A stretch of 59,055 nt of DNA from an uncultured Terricaulis sp. (GCA_964635925.1 CAZWQS010000001.1:1-59055); one strand, 5' to 3'; positions 1 through 9,990 are shown, counted from the stretch's first letter. The notes: generated by a model not told the origin, from the letters alone. Numbers and translations: made by a program.

Positions 1-581
1 GCCATTTCATCCATGTTGCGGTGGATGTAGATAAGCCCCAGATCGGTCAACGCATCGACGTGATCTGGCTCCTTGACTAGGAACGCCAGGTAGGCGGCGC
101 TTGCTTCTCTATAATTGGCCGCATCGTGCTCGATGCGGGCGAGCGTCAGGTGCAGGCGATGGTCTTGTGGTGCGAGGCGCTGCGCCTCACGCACGGCGGC
201 GGCGGCGGCGGCGTAATCCCGCAGCGCGTGCTGGATCGCCGCGAGATTGCGCAAGGCGTCGAGATTAACGGAATCGATCTTGAGCGACGCCTGCACGGCA
301 TCAAGCGCCCCGGAATAGTCGCCGCGAATGCGCAGCACGTCCGCTAAATTATTGTGCGCGCGCGCGTGTGCGGGGGAGAGGGCGATGGCGCGCCGATAAG
401 CCGTTTCGGCTTCATCCCATTGCTCATTCATGCGGTAGGCGACGCCGAGCATGGCGTGGCAGTCCGCGTGTTTATCGTGGCGCGCGGCCGCGTGCGTGAG
501 CAGCACGAGTGCGCCGGCGGCGTCGCGGCGGCGCAGAAGGGCGCTGGCCTGGTCCAGCAATGCGTCTAGTTCAGCGGGCAT
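1..581 (-). CDS. Tetratricopeptide-repeat protein, 5' part only (runs off the window edge)
   Basis: Not in the ORF track. My translation from ATG at 581 reads MPAELDALLDQASALL...HAMLGVAYRMNEQWDEAETAYRRAIALSPAHARAHNNLADVL...DALRNLAAIQHALRDY..., with successive TPR-like units and no stop before base 1. Confidence 0.8.
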   Translation of the reverse strand, partial: MPAELDALLDQASALLRRRDAAGALVLLTHAAARHDKHADCHAMLGVAYRMNEQWDEAETAYRRAIALSPAHARAHNNLADVLRIRGDYSGALDAVQASLKIDSVNLDALRNLAAIQHALRDYAAAAAAVREAQRLAPQDHRLHLTLARIEHDAANYREASAAYLAFLVKEPDHVDALTDLGLIYIHRNMDEM

Positions 582-624
582 GGGAAGCCTTGTCTGGCCG
601 CGCTCGGCAGGAGAAAGTTCATAT

Positions 625-642
625 TGTCATGAACACATGACG
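625..642. promoter_or_regulatory. Putative island operator, site 1 (TGTCAT-GAACAC-ATGACG)
   Basis: 11/12 match to TGTCAT-N6-ATGACA in the AT-rich gap between the TPR gene and the flavin reductase-opp operon. Confidence 0.7.
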
Positions 643-656
643 TGTTATAAGGGCAT

Positions 657-1169
657 ATGTCGAGCACCCTTGTCCGCGAGGATACCGATTTTGTTGCAGA
701 TTCCGTGCGTTTGCGTCGCGTCTGCTCGACGTATCCCACCGGGGTTGCGATCGTCGCCACGATGGACGAGGCGCGCCGGCCCTGCGGGCTGACCATCAAC
801 TCGTTCATATCCGTTTCGCTCGATCCCCCGCTCGTCTTGTGGAGCCTCAGCAACAAATCGCCCAATCGGGAGGTTTTCAACCGCTGTACGCAGGGCGCGA
901 TCACCATCCTGGCCGACCATCAAGGCGAGCTGGCGCAGCGGTTCGCCCGCCCCCATCCCGACAAATTTGACGGCATTGGGGTGTTAGGCGGGCCGGAGGC
1001 CGCGCCCGTAATCGCTGGCGGGGTGGCCTTTTTGCGCTGTTCGCCGTGGAGCGTCACGGAGGCGGGCGATCACTTGCTGCACATCTGGCGGGTAGATACA
1101 GCCGCGGTGCTTTCATCCGGCGCGCCCCTTGTGTTTCATGGCGGCGCGTTGCGGCGCGGCTTCCAATGA
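657..1169 (+). CDS. Flavin reductase (HpaC/NtaB-like component of two-component monooxygenases)
   Basis: YPTGVAIV, GLTINSFISVSLDPPLVLWS and GDH motifs; 170 aa. Confidence 0.9.
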   Translation: MSSTLVREDTDFVADSVRLRRVCSTYPTGVAIVATMDEARRPCGLTINSFISVSLDPPLVLWSLSNKSPNREVFNRCTQGAITILADHQGELAQRFARPHPDKFDGIGVLGGPEAAPVIAGGVAFLRCSPWSVTEAGDHLLHIWRVDTAAVLSSGAPLVFHGGALRRGFQ

Positions 1170-1212
1170 CACGCCGCAACGTTTGGACGCTTTGGAAGGC
1201 TAGGGGCGCGTC

Positions 1213-2139
1213 ATGCTGAATCTCATAGCGCGTCGATTGATGGTCGCCATCCCGACCCTCTTCATCATCATCGTGCTCTCATTTCTGATTATCAAAATGG
1301 CGCCGGGCGGCCCGTTCGACGCCGAAGCCGAGATCGATCCGGAGATTTTCGCCAATCTGGAGCGAGCGTATTATCTCGATCGCCCGGTGTGGGAGCAGTT
1401 TTGGCGCTATTTCACCAATTTGATGCAGGGGGATTTCGGCCAATCCTTCGTGTTCCGCGATCGCTCGGTGGCGGACATCATCGTGCAAGGCTTCCCGGTC
1501 AGCGCGCAAATTGGCCTCTGGGCGATCTTTATCGGCGCGTTCGGCGGCATTGCGCTCGGCATCGTCGCGGCGCTGCGTAAGAACACCGTTGTCGATTACG
1601 GCGTGATGACGGTGGCGATGACCGGAATCGCGGTGCCGACGTTCGTGACTGCGCCGACTATGGCGCTGGTGTTTGGCCTTTATCTCGGGTTGTTGCCGAT
1701 TTCCGGCTGGAATGGGGGCGCCGTCTCCAACATGATTTTGCCGATTGCGGCGCTCGCTTTGCCAAAGATCGGTGTGATCGCGCGCATCACGCGCGGGGGC
1801 ATGCTGGAGGTGCTGCGGGCGAACTATGTGCGCACCGCGCGCTCCAAGGGCTTGCGCGAGAGCATTGTGATCTGGCGCCACACGCTGCGCGCGGGGCTGA
1901 CGCCGGTGGTCAGTTATCTTGGGCCCGCGATTGCCGGCGTGATGACCGGCTCCGTCGTGATCGAGCAAATTTTTGGCCTGCCGGGCATCGGGCGCAGCTT
2001 CGTGGAAGGGGCGGTGAACCGCGACTATCCGGTGGTGATGGGTATCACCATTCTGTACGCGACGCTCATCATCATCATGAATCTGGTCGTCGATTTGAGC
2101 TATCGGCTGCTCGATCCGCGAGTGGAGATGTCCAAATGA
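1213..2139 (+). CDS. oppB: Opp/Dpp-family ABC transporter permease
   Basis: AIPTLFIII...APGGPF, GDFGQSF, EAA-loop YVRTARSKGL, IEQIFGLPGIG, NRDYPVV. Confidence 0.92.
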   Translation: MLNLIARRLMVAIPTLFIIIVLSFLIIKMAPGGPFDAEAEIDPEIFANLERAYYLDRPVWEQFWRYFTNLMQGDFGQSFVFRDRSVADIIVQGFPVSAQIGLWAIFIGAFGGIALGIVAALRKNTVVDYGVMTVAMTGIAVPTFVTAPTMALVFGLYLGLLPISGWNGGAVSNMILPIAALALPKIGVIARITRGGMLEVLRANYVRTARSKGLRESIVIWRHTLRAGLTPVVSYLGPAIAGVMTGSVVIEQIFGLPGIGRSFVEGAVNRDYPVVMGITILYATLIIIMNLVVDLSYRLLDPRVEMSK

Positions 2140-3053
2140 CGGCGACAGACGCCGATCCTCACAGCGCGTCCGATCCCGCCTCCGCGGCGCAGGGGCAGGG
2201 CGATTTCCGCTCGCCCGCGCGCCGCGCCTGGGATCGTTTCATGCGCAATCGCAGCGCGGTCGCCGGGCTGATCATCATTGGCTTGATGGGGCTGACCTCC
2301 ATCTTTGTGCCGATCCTCAGCCCGAAAGACATCGAAGCAGTAAGCTGGGAGCATGTGCTTAGCCCTCCGTCATTGGAGACGGGGTATCTGTTCGGCACGG
2401 ACGTGAATGGGCGCGACCTGTTCGTGCGGACATTCTATGCCGGGCGTATTTCTCTGGCGATCGGGCTTCTGGCGACGGCGATCGCGTTTGCGATCGGCGT
2501 CGTCTACGGGTCGATCTCCGGCTATTTCGGCGGCGCGTTGGATGCGTTCATGATGCGTGTCTGCGATGTGCTCTATGCGCTGCCGACGTTGTTTTTCATC
2601 ATCATTCTGGTGACGGTGCTGGGCGCGAAAAACATCTTCATTGTGTTCATGTGCATCGGCGCGGTCGAGTGGCTGACGATGGCGCGGATCGTACGCGGGC
2701 AGACGCTTTCAGTGAAACAGAAGGAATATGTCGAGGCCGCCAAGGCGATTGGCTTGCCGACATCGAAGATCCTTTCGCGCTACATCGTGCCGAATGTCAC
2801 CAGCGCGGTGATCGTTTATGTGACGCTGCTGATCCCGGTGAACATTTTGATCGAGAGCTATCTGAGCTTCCTCGGCCTCGGCGTGCAAGAGCCGCTGACG
2901 AGTTGGGGGCTGCTGATTTCGCAAGGCAGCGTGGAAATGGAAAACGCGCCGTGGCTGCTGTTTTTCCCCGCGGTGTTTCTCACCATCACGCTATTTGCAT
3001 TCAACTTCATAGGCGATGGACTGCGCGATGCGCTCGACCCCAAGGACAGATGA
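2136..3053 (+). CDS. oppC: Opp/Dpp-family ABC transporter permease
   Basis: FGTDVNGRDLF, ARIVRGQTLS..KEYVEAAKAIG, LSFLGLG, GDGLRDALDP; ATGA overlap with oppB. Confidence 0.92.
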   Translation: MTATDADPHSASDPASAAQGQGDFRSPARRAWDRFMRNRSAVAGLIIIGLMGLTSIFVPILSPKDIEAVSWEHVLSPPSLETGYLFGTDVNGRDLFVRTFYAGRISLAIGLLATAIAFAIGVVYGSISGYFGGALDAFMMRVCDVLYALPTLFFIIILVTVLGAKNIFIVFMCIGAVEWLTMARIVRGQTLSVKQKEYVEAAKAIGLPTSKILSRYIVPNVTSAVIVYVTLLIPVNILIESYLSFLGLGVQEPLTSWGLLISQGSVEMENAPWLLFFPAVFLTITLFAFNFIGDGLRDALDPKDR

Positions 3054-4020
3054 TCCGCCCATCCTGGAGTGCCGCGACCTTGCGGTGCGGTTCTCCGGCG
3101 ATAGCGGGGAGGTTTGCGCCGTCAACGGCGTCGACCTCATGGTGCGCCAGGGCGAATGCTATGGCGTTGTGGGTGAATCCGGCTCCGGCAAGAGTCAGGC
3201 GTTTATGGCTGTCATGGGGCTGTTGGCCGAGAACGGGCGCGCCAGCGGCAGCGTGAAGCTGAACGGGCGCGAAATCCTCAATGCGCCGCGCAAGGTTTTG
3301 AACGGCATCCGCGGCGTGGAAATGGGGTTCATCTTTCAGGACCCGATGAGTTCTCTAACGCCGTTCCTGCGCATTGGCGATCAGATGTGCGAGACATTGA
3401 TCGAGCACTCCAAAATGTCGGGCGATCAAGCGCGCCAGCGGGTGATGGAGGTGCTGGAGATGGTGCGCATCCCCGCCGCTAAGCGCCGTTTCAAGCAATT
3501 CCCACACGAGTTGTCCGGCGGCATGCGTCAGCGCGTGATGATCGCGCAGGCGCTGTTGTGCAAGCCGTCTCTGCTGATTGCCGATGAGCCGACGACGGCG
3601 CTCGACGTGACTGTGCAAGCGGAGATTCTCGATATTTTCGCTGGCCTCAAAAAGCACACCAACACGGCGATCGTGATGGTGACGCACGATCTTGGCGTCA
3701 TCGCCTCGATCTGCGATCAGGTGGCGGTGATGTATGCGGGGCGCGTGGTCGAAAAAGGATCGGCGGAGGCGCTGTTTTACAACCCGCTGCATCCTTATAC
3801 ACGCGGGCTGCTGCGCTCGATTCCGAGCATTGCGGATGATCCCGATGTGGATGCGAAAGTGATCGGCGGCCAGCCGCCCAACCTGCTCAACTTGCCGAAG
3901 GGGTGCCATTTCAGGCCGCGTTGCGAAAATGCGATGGCCGTTTGCGCACAGGAGCTGCCGGCGCTTTGCGAGCGCGCGACGGCGCATTTCAGTGCGTGCC
4001 ATCTGGAGAACGCCCAATGA
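3016..4020 (+). CDS. oppD: Opp/Dpp-family ABC ATPase (start 3016 or 3028)
   Basis: Walker A GESGSGKS, LSGGMRQR, IADEPTTALD, HPYT and Cys-rich C-terminus. Confidence 0.92.
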   Translation: MDCAMRSTPRTDDPPILECRDLAVRFSGDSGEVCAVNGVDLMVRQGECYGVVGESGSGKSQAFMAVMGLLAENGRASGSVKLNGREILNAPRKVLNGIRGVEMGFIFQDPMSSLTPFLRIGDQMCETLIEHSKMSGDQARQRVMEVLEMVRIPAAKRRFKQFPHELSGGMRQRVMIAQALLCKPSLLIADEPTTALDVTVQAEILDIFAGLKKHTNTAIVMVTHDLGVIASICDQVAVMYAGRVVEKGSAEALFYNPLHPYTRGLLRSIPSIADDPDVDAKVIGGQPPNLLNLPKGCHFRPRCENAMAVCAQELPALCERATAHFSACHLENAQ

Positions 4021-5015
4021 GCGCGCCGCTGCTTCAGATCGAAGATCTCAAAGTGCACTTTCCCATCGGGCGTGAGCGGGGCGCGAAAGCGCAGGTGCTC
4101 AAGGCGGTCGATGGCGTGAGCTTTTCGATGGCTCCGGGGGAGGCGCTCGGCGTCGTCGGCGAGTCGGGTTGCGGCAAGTCCACGCTTGGGCGTGCGATCA
4201 TCAATCTGGTGAAGCCCACGGCGGGACGCGTCGTTTGGCAGGGCCGCGACATCGCACAGTTTACGCGCGAGAAAATGCGCCCGCTGCGCCGCGACCTGCA
4301 GATCATTTTCCAGGATCCGCTTTCGAGCCATAATCCGCGCATGACGATCGGGCGTATCATCGCGGAGCCGCTTGAAGTCTTTTGCCCCGATTGGGATGAA
4401 AAGAAGCGCGACGCGGAAGTGCGCGAGATCATGGGCAAGGTGGGGCTCAACGCGGAATTGTTCGGCCGCTACCCGCATGAACTGTCGGGCGGGCAATGCC
4501 AGCGCGTCAGTATTGCGCGGGCGATGGTTCTGAAGCCCAAGCTCGTTGTGTGCGATGAACCCGTCAGCGCGCTCGATGTGTCCACGCAGGCGCAGATCAT
4601 CAATCTTCTACGCTGGCTGCGCACGGAGTTCGGCGTCGCGATCTTGTTTATCAGCCACGACCTTTCGGTCGTGCGCCGGCTCTGCGACCGCGTCCTAGTC
4701 ATGTATCTGGGGCATGTGGCCGAGATTGGCGCGCGCAGCGACATCTTCGAGCACGCGGCCCATCCCTACACGAAAGCGCTGATTTCAGCCGCGCCCGTTC
4801 CCGACCCGCGGCGGGAGGCTGAGAAAGAGCGCATCCGTCTGGTGGGCGATATTCCTTCCCCGATCGATCCGCCTTCGGGGTGCGTGTTCAGGACGCGCTG
4901 CCCCAAGGAAGCGCCGCCGTGCCGCGCGCGCGCGCCTGCGCTTGAGGTGGTGGATGGACACGGGGTGGCGTGTCATTTTGCGCGCGCGGAGCCTGCTTTG
5001 GAGCATTCGCATTAA
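4017..5015 (+). CDS. oppF: Opp/Dpp-family ABC ATPase
   Basis: GESGCGKST, LSGGQCQR, CDEPVSALD, PSGCVFRTRCP; start MSAPLL overlaps the oppD stop (ATGA). Confidence 0.92.
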   Translation: MSAPLLQIEDLKVHFPIGRERGAKAQVLKAVDGVSFSMAPGEALGVVGESGCGKSTLGRAIINLVKPTAGRVVWQGRDIAQFTREKMRPLRRDLQIIFQDPLSSHNPRMTIGRIIAEPLEVFCPDWDEKKRDAEVREIMGKVGLNAELFGRYPHELSGGQCQRVSIARAMVLKPKLVVCDEPVSALDVSTQAQIINLLRWLRTEFGVAILFISHDLSVVRRLCDRVLVMYLGHVAEIGARSDIFEHAAHPYTKALISAAPVPDPRREAEKERIRLVGDIPSPIDPPSGCVFRTRCPKEAPPCRARAPALEVVDGHGVACHFARAEPALEHSH

Positions 5016-6208
5016 TGCACGATGATCGCGTCATTATTGTCGGCGCCGGCCCCGTGGGATTGGCGACGGCGCTGTTTCTTGTTCAACGCGGCGTCAAGGT
5101 GCTTGTGCTGGAAGCGGAGGCCGCTCTGTCGGAGGACATGCGCGCCTCGACCTTTCATCCCGCCACCTTGGATTTGTTGGCGCCAAGCGGCATCGCCGAT
5201 GCGCTGATCTCCCAAGGCCATTGCGCCAACAAGTGGCAATATCTCAATTTCGAGACTGGCGCGCGCGTCGTCTTTGATCTTGGCGTACTCGAAGGGATGA
5301 CGCGCTATCCGTTCCGGCTGCAATGCGAGCAGTTCAGGCTGACACGCGAGATCGTCAGCTCCCTCGAATACAATCCGTTGTTTGAAATCACATTCAGCGC
5401 GCCAGTCACGAGCGGGGGGCAAGATGAAGCCGGCGCCTGGGTTGACGTGCAAACCGGCGCGGAAACCAAAAGGCTGCGCGGCGCCTATGTGATTGCCGCC
5501 GACGGCGGGCGCAGCGTCTTGCGCAAGACGCTTGACCTCACGTTCGAAGGCGAGACCTATCCGAAAACGTCGATCACGGTGGTGGTCGATTATGATTTCG
5601 GCGCACGTCTGAAAGACGTGTTGTTCGTGAATTATGTTTGGACGGCGCAGGATCATTTTAGCCTGATGCGCGTGCGCGATCATTGGCGCGTCGGGTTCTC
5701 GCCGCAGGCCGGGCAGAGCGTCGAGGAGGCGGTGAGCGCCGAGGGCGTCAATCGACGCTTACAAGCGCTGTTTCCGAACAATGAAAACTATAAATTGGTG
5801 CATATCGGCTGGTATTCGGTGCACCGCCGCGTGATCGATAAGTTCAACCATGGCCGAATCCTGTTCGCGGGCGATGCGGCGCATTTGAACAGCCCCGCCG
5901 GCGGCATGGGCATGAACAGCGGCGTGCACGATGCGCACGAATTGGCTGAACAGCTTGCCGCCGTCATCGCCGGCGCGCCGGCTGACCGGCTCGATCTCTA
6001 CGACCGCCGCCGTCGCACAATCGCGGTGGAGGACGTGCATGCCCAGTCCGATCGCAATTATCGCCGCCACCGGGAAAAAGATCCCGAAAAGCGCGCAATG
6101 ATTTGGGCGGAGCTGGAAGCCATCACCGGCGATGTCGAAGCGATGCGGGATTATCTCTTCCGCAGCTCGATGCTCGCGTCGTTGCAGCGTGCGGCGGCGA
6201 TTAATTAG
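5015..6208 (+). CDS. Class A FAD-dependent monooxygenase (HspB/PnpA-like size and motifs)
   Basis: GAGPVG, IAADGGRS, GDAAHLNSPAGGMGMNSG; start MHDDRV coupled to the oppF stop. Confidence 0.88.
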   Translation: MHDDRVIIVGAGPVGLATALFLVQRGVKVLVLEAEAALSEDMRASTFHPATLDLLAPSGIADALISQGHCANKWQYLNFETGARVVFDLGVLEGMTRYPFRLQCEQFRLTREIVSSLEYNPLFEITFSAPVTSGGQDEAGAWVDVQTGAETKRLRGAYVIAADGGRSVLRKTLDLTFEGETYPKTSITVVVDYDFGARLKDVLFVNYVWTAQDHFSLMRVRDHWRVGFSPQAGQSVEEAVSAEGVNRRLQALFPNNENYKLVHIGWYSVHRRVIDKFNHGRILFAGDAAHLNSPAGGMGMNSGVHDAHELAEQLAAVIAGAPADRLDLYDRRRRTIAVEDVHAQSDRNYRRHREKDPEKRAMIWAELEAITGDVEAMRDYLFRSSMLASLQRAAAIN

Positions 6209-7370
6209 CCGCCGGCGCGCGTTCGAGCATGTCAAGCATCAGTCCAGATCGCAGAAATTCGCGGCGGGTATCACGATCGCGCACGCATTGCCTGATGTAA
6301 TCGAGCCAATCGGCGCCTTTGGAAACCGCCTGATCGGCGCGCCCGAGCAGATAATCCACGGCCACGCTGCGACGCTGCACGGCGCACGTTTCGAGCGGCC
6401 GTAGCGTGCCGCCGTTGAGCGCGTCCGCTGCAGCATAGGCGAACGCGTTGGCGTCATGCACGCCGCAATTCATGTTCATGCCCCCGCGCGTGGAGGAGAT
6501 GTGCGCAGCGTCGCCCATCAGAAAGGCCGCGCCGACATGGTAGGTTTCGGCCGCGCGCTTGCCAATCGTGAATATATCGGCGGACACGTCGGTGATTTTT
6601 TCGACTTTATCGCCAAGAAATGGGTGTATCCGGCTATTATAATAAGGAGCGCTCAGGGCCACGGAATCCTCAATGCCGACCTCGGCGCGGGTTACGATGC
6701 GCCAGCAATCAGGCATTTGCAGGAACGCGAGCGAGCGGCCGCCGACAAAGATGTAGGTGAGCGGGCGAATGCCGGGCAACACCTCGGACAGGTCCATGCG
6801 CGTCATGACACGCAGGACACGCTCGGCGTAGGTGGAGCCTTCAAAGTTGACGCCGAGCTGGGCGCGCATCGCGCTGTTAGCGCCGTCACAAACGAAGACG
6901 GCGCGCGCGCGGTGCTCTTGAACACCCGCATTGGAACGGGTCGTAATGACGGCGCCGCCGCCTTCGGTGCGGACCTCCGTCACCTCAGTGCTGAACTGGA
7001 TGTCGATGTCGCCGCGGGCGTTGATCTTGTCGAGCAGAAGCGAAACAACGACCGCTTGCTCAAGGTGGATGCGGTAGGGATATTTCGTTTCATCCGCCAG
7101 TTCCGCGCAATCGAACAGCGCGATCTCGTTGTCCTTTTCGTCGCGGTACTGGATGGAATCGATTTTCTGGCCGAGCGCCAGGATATCATCCATGATCCCA
7201 AAACTGTCGAAAATCTCGAGCGTGGGTGGGTGAAAGCATCCGGCTTTGGACGCGCGGTTCGGCGAGGCGCGCTTTTCAAACAAGCGAACCTTGATGCCAA
7301 GCTCGGCCATCCTCAGCGCGGCGGTAAGCCCCACCGGGCCGGCGCCCACGACGATAATAGAATTGTCCAT
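6201..7370 (-). CDS. Class A FAD-dependent monooxygenase (variant GD motif)
   Basis: GAGPVG, VCDGANS, GDAAHISSTRGGMNMNCGVHDA. Confidence 0.88.
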   Translation of the reverse strand: MDNSIIVVGAGPVGLTAALRMAELGIKVRLFEKRASPNRASKAGCFHPPTLEIFDSFGIMDDILALGQKIDSIQYRDEKDNEIALFDCAELADETKYPYRIHLEQAVVVSLLLDKINARGDIDIQFSTEVTEVRTEGGGAVITTRSNAGVQEHRARAVFVCDGANSAMRAQLGVNFEGSTYAERVLRVMTRMDLSEVLPGIRPLTYIFVGGRSLAFLQMPDCWRIVTRAEVGIEDSVALSAPYYNSRIHPFLGDKVEKITDVSADIFTIGKRAAETYHVGAAFLMGDAAHISSTRGGMNMNCGVHDANAFAYAAADALNGGTLRPLETCAVQRRSVAVDYLLGRADQAVSKGADWLDYIRQCVRDRDTRREFLRSGLMLDMLERAPAAN

Positions 7371-7392
7371 TTGTCTCTTACGCCCGAATGTT

Positions 7393-8169
7393 TCAGTGGG
7401 CGGCCAGCAGCGCGCCGAATCCCGAAACTTGATCGGAAATGCTCAGCGAACGCAGCGTGTGCCAATAAGTCGTGGAGTTGCAGGAAAGCACGGGGATGCC
7501 GAGCCGCGCGGACGCTGCGGCCGCCGCCCGCGCGGAGGCCATGTTTGTGCCTGGCTGAAGGATGGCGTCGGGCTTGTCGGCGGCGAGTTCGTCAAGCAAG
7601 GCGGCGATATCGTCCTCCCGCACTGACGCGATTGAAAGCGGGCCGGGGCATTCAAGCCCCTTGATGCGGCAGATCGTATAGCCGGCGCTTTCAAAGAATG
7701 TGCGCACCTGCGCGTCGCCCGGCGCCCAGAAGGGCGTCAGCGCGGAAATCCGTTTGCCGACGCCGAGAGCCTCAAGCGCGCGGAGAAATGCAAGCGATGG
7801 CAAGAAGACCGGTAGTCCGCCGGCATGCGCTTCAAGCTCCGCCTGCATCTGGCGGGCGCCTTCAAGCCCGCCGCGGAACGAGTTGACGGAGTGCGCCAAG
7901 ACGATGGCGTTCGGCGCACAGGGGACGAGCTCGTCGATCCCCTTGAGGATGGTCGCGTTGCCGCGTTCCAGGCGCTTGGCGTAGGTTTCGACATCGCCTG
8001 GCTTGATGCCGGCGGATGAAGGTTCGATCCGCGCATGGTGGTTGGTGACGCCGGGCGGGCGCAAGGCTTCAAATTCGGGCTGAACGATGGTGTTCGTCGT
8101 CGGCGCCAGCACGCCGATTTTCGCGCGGGAGCCCAGCGCGTCGGACCGTCCGCTGGTGTCGAAAAACAT
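7393..8169 (-). CDS. Maleate cis-trans isomerase / arylmalonate decarboxylase (Asp/Glu racemase superfamily)-like protein
   Basis: KIGVLAPTTNTIVQPE, LTPF, QPGTN, PVLSCN; start set at MFFDT behind a GAGGGG RBS. Confidence 0.82.
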   Translation of the reverse strand: MFFDTSGRSDALGSRAKIGVLAPTTNTIVQPEFEALRPPGVTNHHARIEPSSAGIKPGDVETYAKRLERGNATILKGIDELVPCAPNAIVLAHSVNSFRGGLEGARQMQAELEAHAGGLPVFLPSLAFLRALEALGVGKRISALTPFWAPGDAQVRTFFESAGYTICRIKGLECPGPLSIASVREDDIAALLDELAADKPDAILQPGTNMASARAAAAASARLGIPVLSCNSTTYWHTLRSLSISDQVSGFGALLAAH

Positions 8170-8265
8170 GCGCCCCTCATCCAAATATCGCGAGAACACA
8201 ATGTCAGGCCAGGCGGCGTTCCAGCGCGCATGTCGAAGATTTGTGTTTACGCTCAAGCGTTGAGA

Positions 8266-8283
8266 TGTCATATCAGCATGACA
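8266..8283. promoter_or_regulatory. Putative island operator, site 2 (TGTCAT-ATCAGC-ATGACA)
   Basis: Perfect TGTCAT-N6-ATGACA between the two divergent isomerase-like genes. Confidence 0.75.
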
Positions 8284-8309
8284 ACATACATGCAGTCAAG
8301 GAGCGGTGC

Positions 8310-9083
8310 GTGGTCGGGGCGGTGCGGAATCAGGATGCGCTGGGCGCGCGGGCGAAGGTCGGCGTGCTGGTGCCCGCGACGAACACGATTGCGCAGCCCG
8401 AATACGAATCCATGCGTCCCTGGGGCGTCACAAATCACGCCGCGCGCATGAAGCCTTCTGATCGCGGCCAAAAGGTCGGCGATCTTGAGGCCTATCGCAA
8501 AAGCCTTGAGCGCGGACCGGAGCATATCAAGGACGCGATTGACCAAGTCATTCCCTGTGCGCCCAACATCATTGTGCTGGGCCATTCGATCGATACGTTT
8601 CGCGGCGGGCAGGCAGGCGCGCGCCGTTTGGGTGAGGATTTGACTGCGCATGCCAGCGGCGTGCCCGTCGTGCTGCCGTCCGAGGCGTTTGTTTCAGCGC
8701 TCAAGGCGATTGGCGCGGGGCCGCGCATCGCGGCGCTGACGCCGTATTTTCCGCCGGGCGACGAGCAGGTGGTTTCGTTTTTTGAAGACGCGGGCTTTTC
8801 GATCACCCGGCTGATTGGTCTCAAATGCCCCGGGCCGCTTGCAATCGCGGCGACGCCGGAAGCGGTTGTGGTCGAAGCGCTGAAAGAGCTGGCGACCGAG
8901 AAGATCGACGCCATCATTCAGCCTGGCACCAATCTCGCCACCTCAACGCTTGCCGCGGATGCGGAGCGCTGGTTGGGCGTGCCGGTGCTGGCCTGCAATA
9001 CGGTTTCGTATTGGCGCACGCTGCGCGACCTCGGAATCAAGGATCAGCGTGACGATCTGGGCGTGCTATTCCGCGCCCACTAA
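8310..9083 (+). CDS. Second maleate isomerase / arylmalonate decarboxylase-like protein (paralog of 7393-8169)
   Basis: KVGVLVPATNTIAQPE, LTPYFPPGD, QPGTN, PVLACN; GTG start after an AAGGAG RBS. Confidence 0.82.
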   Translation: MVGAVRNQDALGARAKVGVLVPATNTIAQPEYESMRPWGVTNHAARMKPSDRGQKVGDLEAYRKSLERGPEHIKDAIDQVIPCAPNIIVLGHSIDTFRGGQAGARRLGEDLTAHASGVPVVLPSEAFVSALKAIGAGPRIAALTPYFPPGDEQVVSFFEDAGFSITRLIGLKCPGPLAIAATPEAVVVEALKELATEKIDAIIQPGTNLATSTLAADAERWLGVPVLACNTVSYWRTLRDLGIKDQRDDLGVLFRAH

Positions 9084-9088
9084 GGCGC

Positions 9089-9862
9089 TCAGAATGGCGA
9101 ATTCAGCGGCGTGTTGCGGATCGAATTGCGCGTCAGATAGACGTGATGCTCGTAGCGGTCGGCTAAATAATAGGCCGTGCTGCGCTCGACGGCGCGATTT
9201 TCGGCGTCAAGCACGATGAGGCGAATGCGCACGAGCGGCGCGCCCACCGACGCGCCAAGCGATGTGGCGAGGTTGGGGTCGGCCAGGCATGCGCCGATGA
9301 GCTGACGCGCGCCCGAAACCGTGACGCCATGCTTTTCGAATAATTGCAGCATCGGCTCGGATTTGATCTCATCGGCGGAGATTTCCGGCGCCACATCGAG
9401 CGGGGTGTAGGATACTCTGTAGCCGGTCGGCTTAGAATCCATCGTACGCACGAACGAGGTTTCGCGCACTTTGGAGCCTTTGCGAATCTGCAGATCGCGG
9501 CAGGTTTCGTCATCGGCCGTCACCTCGCGGATGCGCACATTGGTGACGCGGCTTTTCTTGGCAAGACGCGAGGTTTTGCGGATCAATTGATCCATATCCC
9601 CCACGTTCGGCGCCGCGCCGATATCGTCAGCTACGTATGTGCCTTTGCCCTGCACGCGCGAGAGCAGGCCCTCAGCGACCAACAGATCAATCGCTTTTCG
9701 CGAAGTGATGCGCGAAACATTGAAGCGTTCACACAATTCGCCTTCGGCCGGCAGGCGGCTTCCCGGCGCATAGACGCCATCGAAAATCCAGCCGCGAATA
9801 ACGGAATAAACTTGATGATACCGGAGCGGCCTGATCCCAGGCTCAGCGCTGTCTGCGGGCAT
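9089..9862 (-). CDS. GntR-family (HutC/UTRA subfamily) transcriptional regulator
   Basis: wHTH: YAPGSRLPAEGELCERFNVSRITSRKAIDLLVAEGLLSRVQGKGTYV; C-terminal UTRA-type domain; 257 aa. Confidence 0.92.
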   Translation of the reverse strand: MPADSAEPGIRPLRYHQVYSVIRGWIFDGVYAPGSRLPAEGELCERFNVSRITSRKAIDLLVAEGLLSRVQGKGTYVADDIGAAPNVGDMDQLIRKTSRLAKKSRVTNVRIREVTADDETCRDLQIRKGSKVRETSFVRTMDSKPTGYRVSYTPLDVAPEISADEIKSEPMLQLFEKHGVTVSGARQLIGACLADPNLATSLGASVGAPLVRIRLIVLDAENRAVERSTAYYLADRYEHHVYLTRNSIRNTPLNSPF

Positions 9863-9964
9863 GGGGCGCTCCCTTGGGGCTTGGACTCATATCCTAGCGT
9901 GTAACAGGCCCATTTGCCTGTGCACAAGGCAAGACTTGCCAAAACCGGCTTGGCGCGGATTAGA

Positions 9965-9990
9965 TGGCATGTTAATATAACAACATAACA
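9965..9990. promoter_or_regulatory. Putative island operator, site 3 (TGGCAT-GTTAAT-ATAACA plus an extra ATAACA 8 bp on)
   Basis: 10/12 match, same GTTAAT spacer as site 4; lies between the gntR gene and the aldehyde dehydrogenase (possible autoregulation). Confidence 0.7.

Noticed and set aside
190-330. Possible frameshift or slippage tract in the TPR gene (GGC run near 194-213, C4 at 308-311)
   Set aside because: On re-reading the frame is continuous; the GGC run encodes an in-frame poly-Ala
8241-8271. Apparent overlap of the two isomerase-like ORFs
   Set aside because: RBS-supported starts at 8169 and 8310 leave a normal divergent promoter containing the operator
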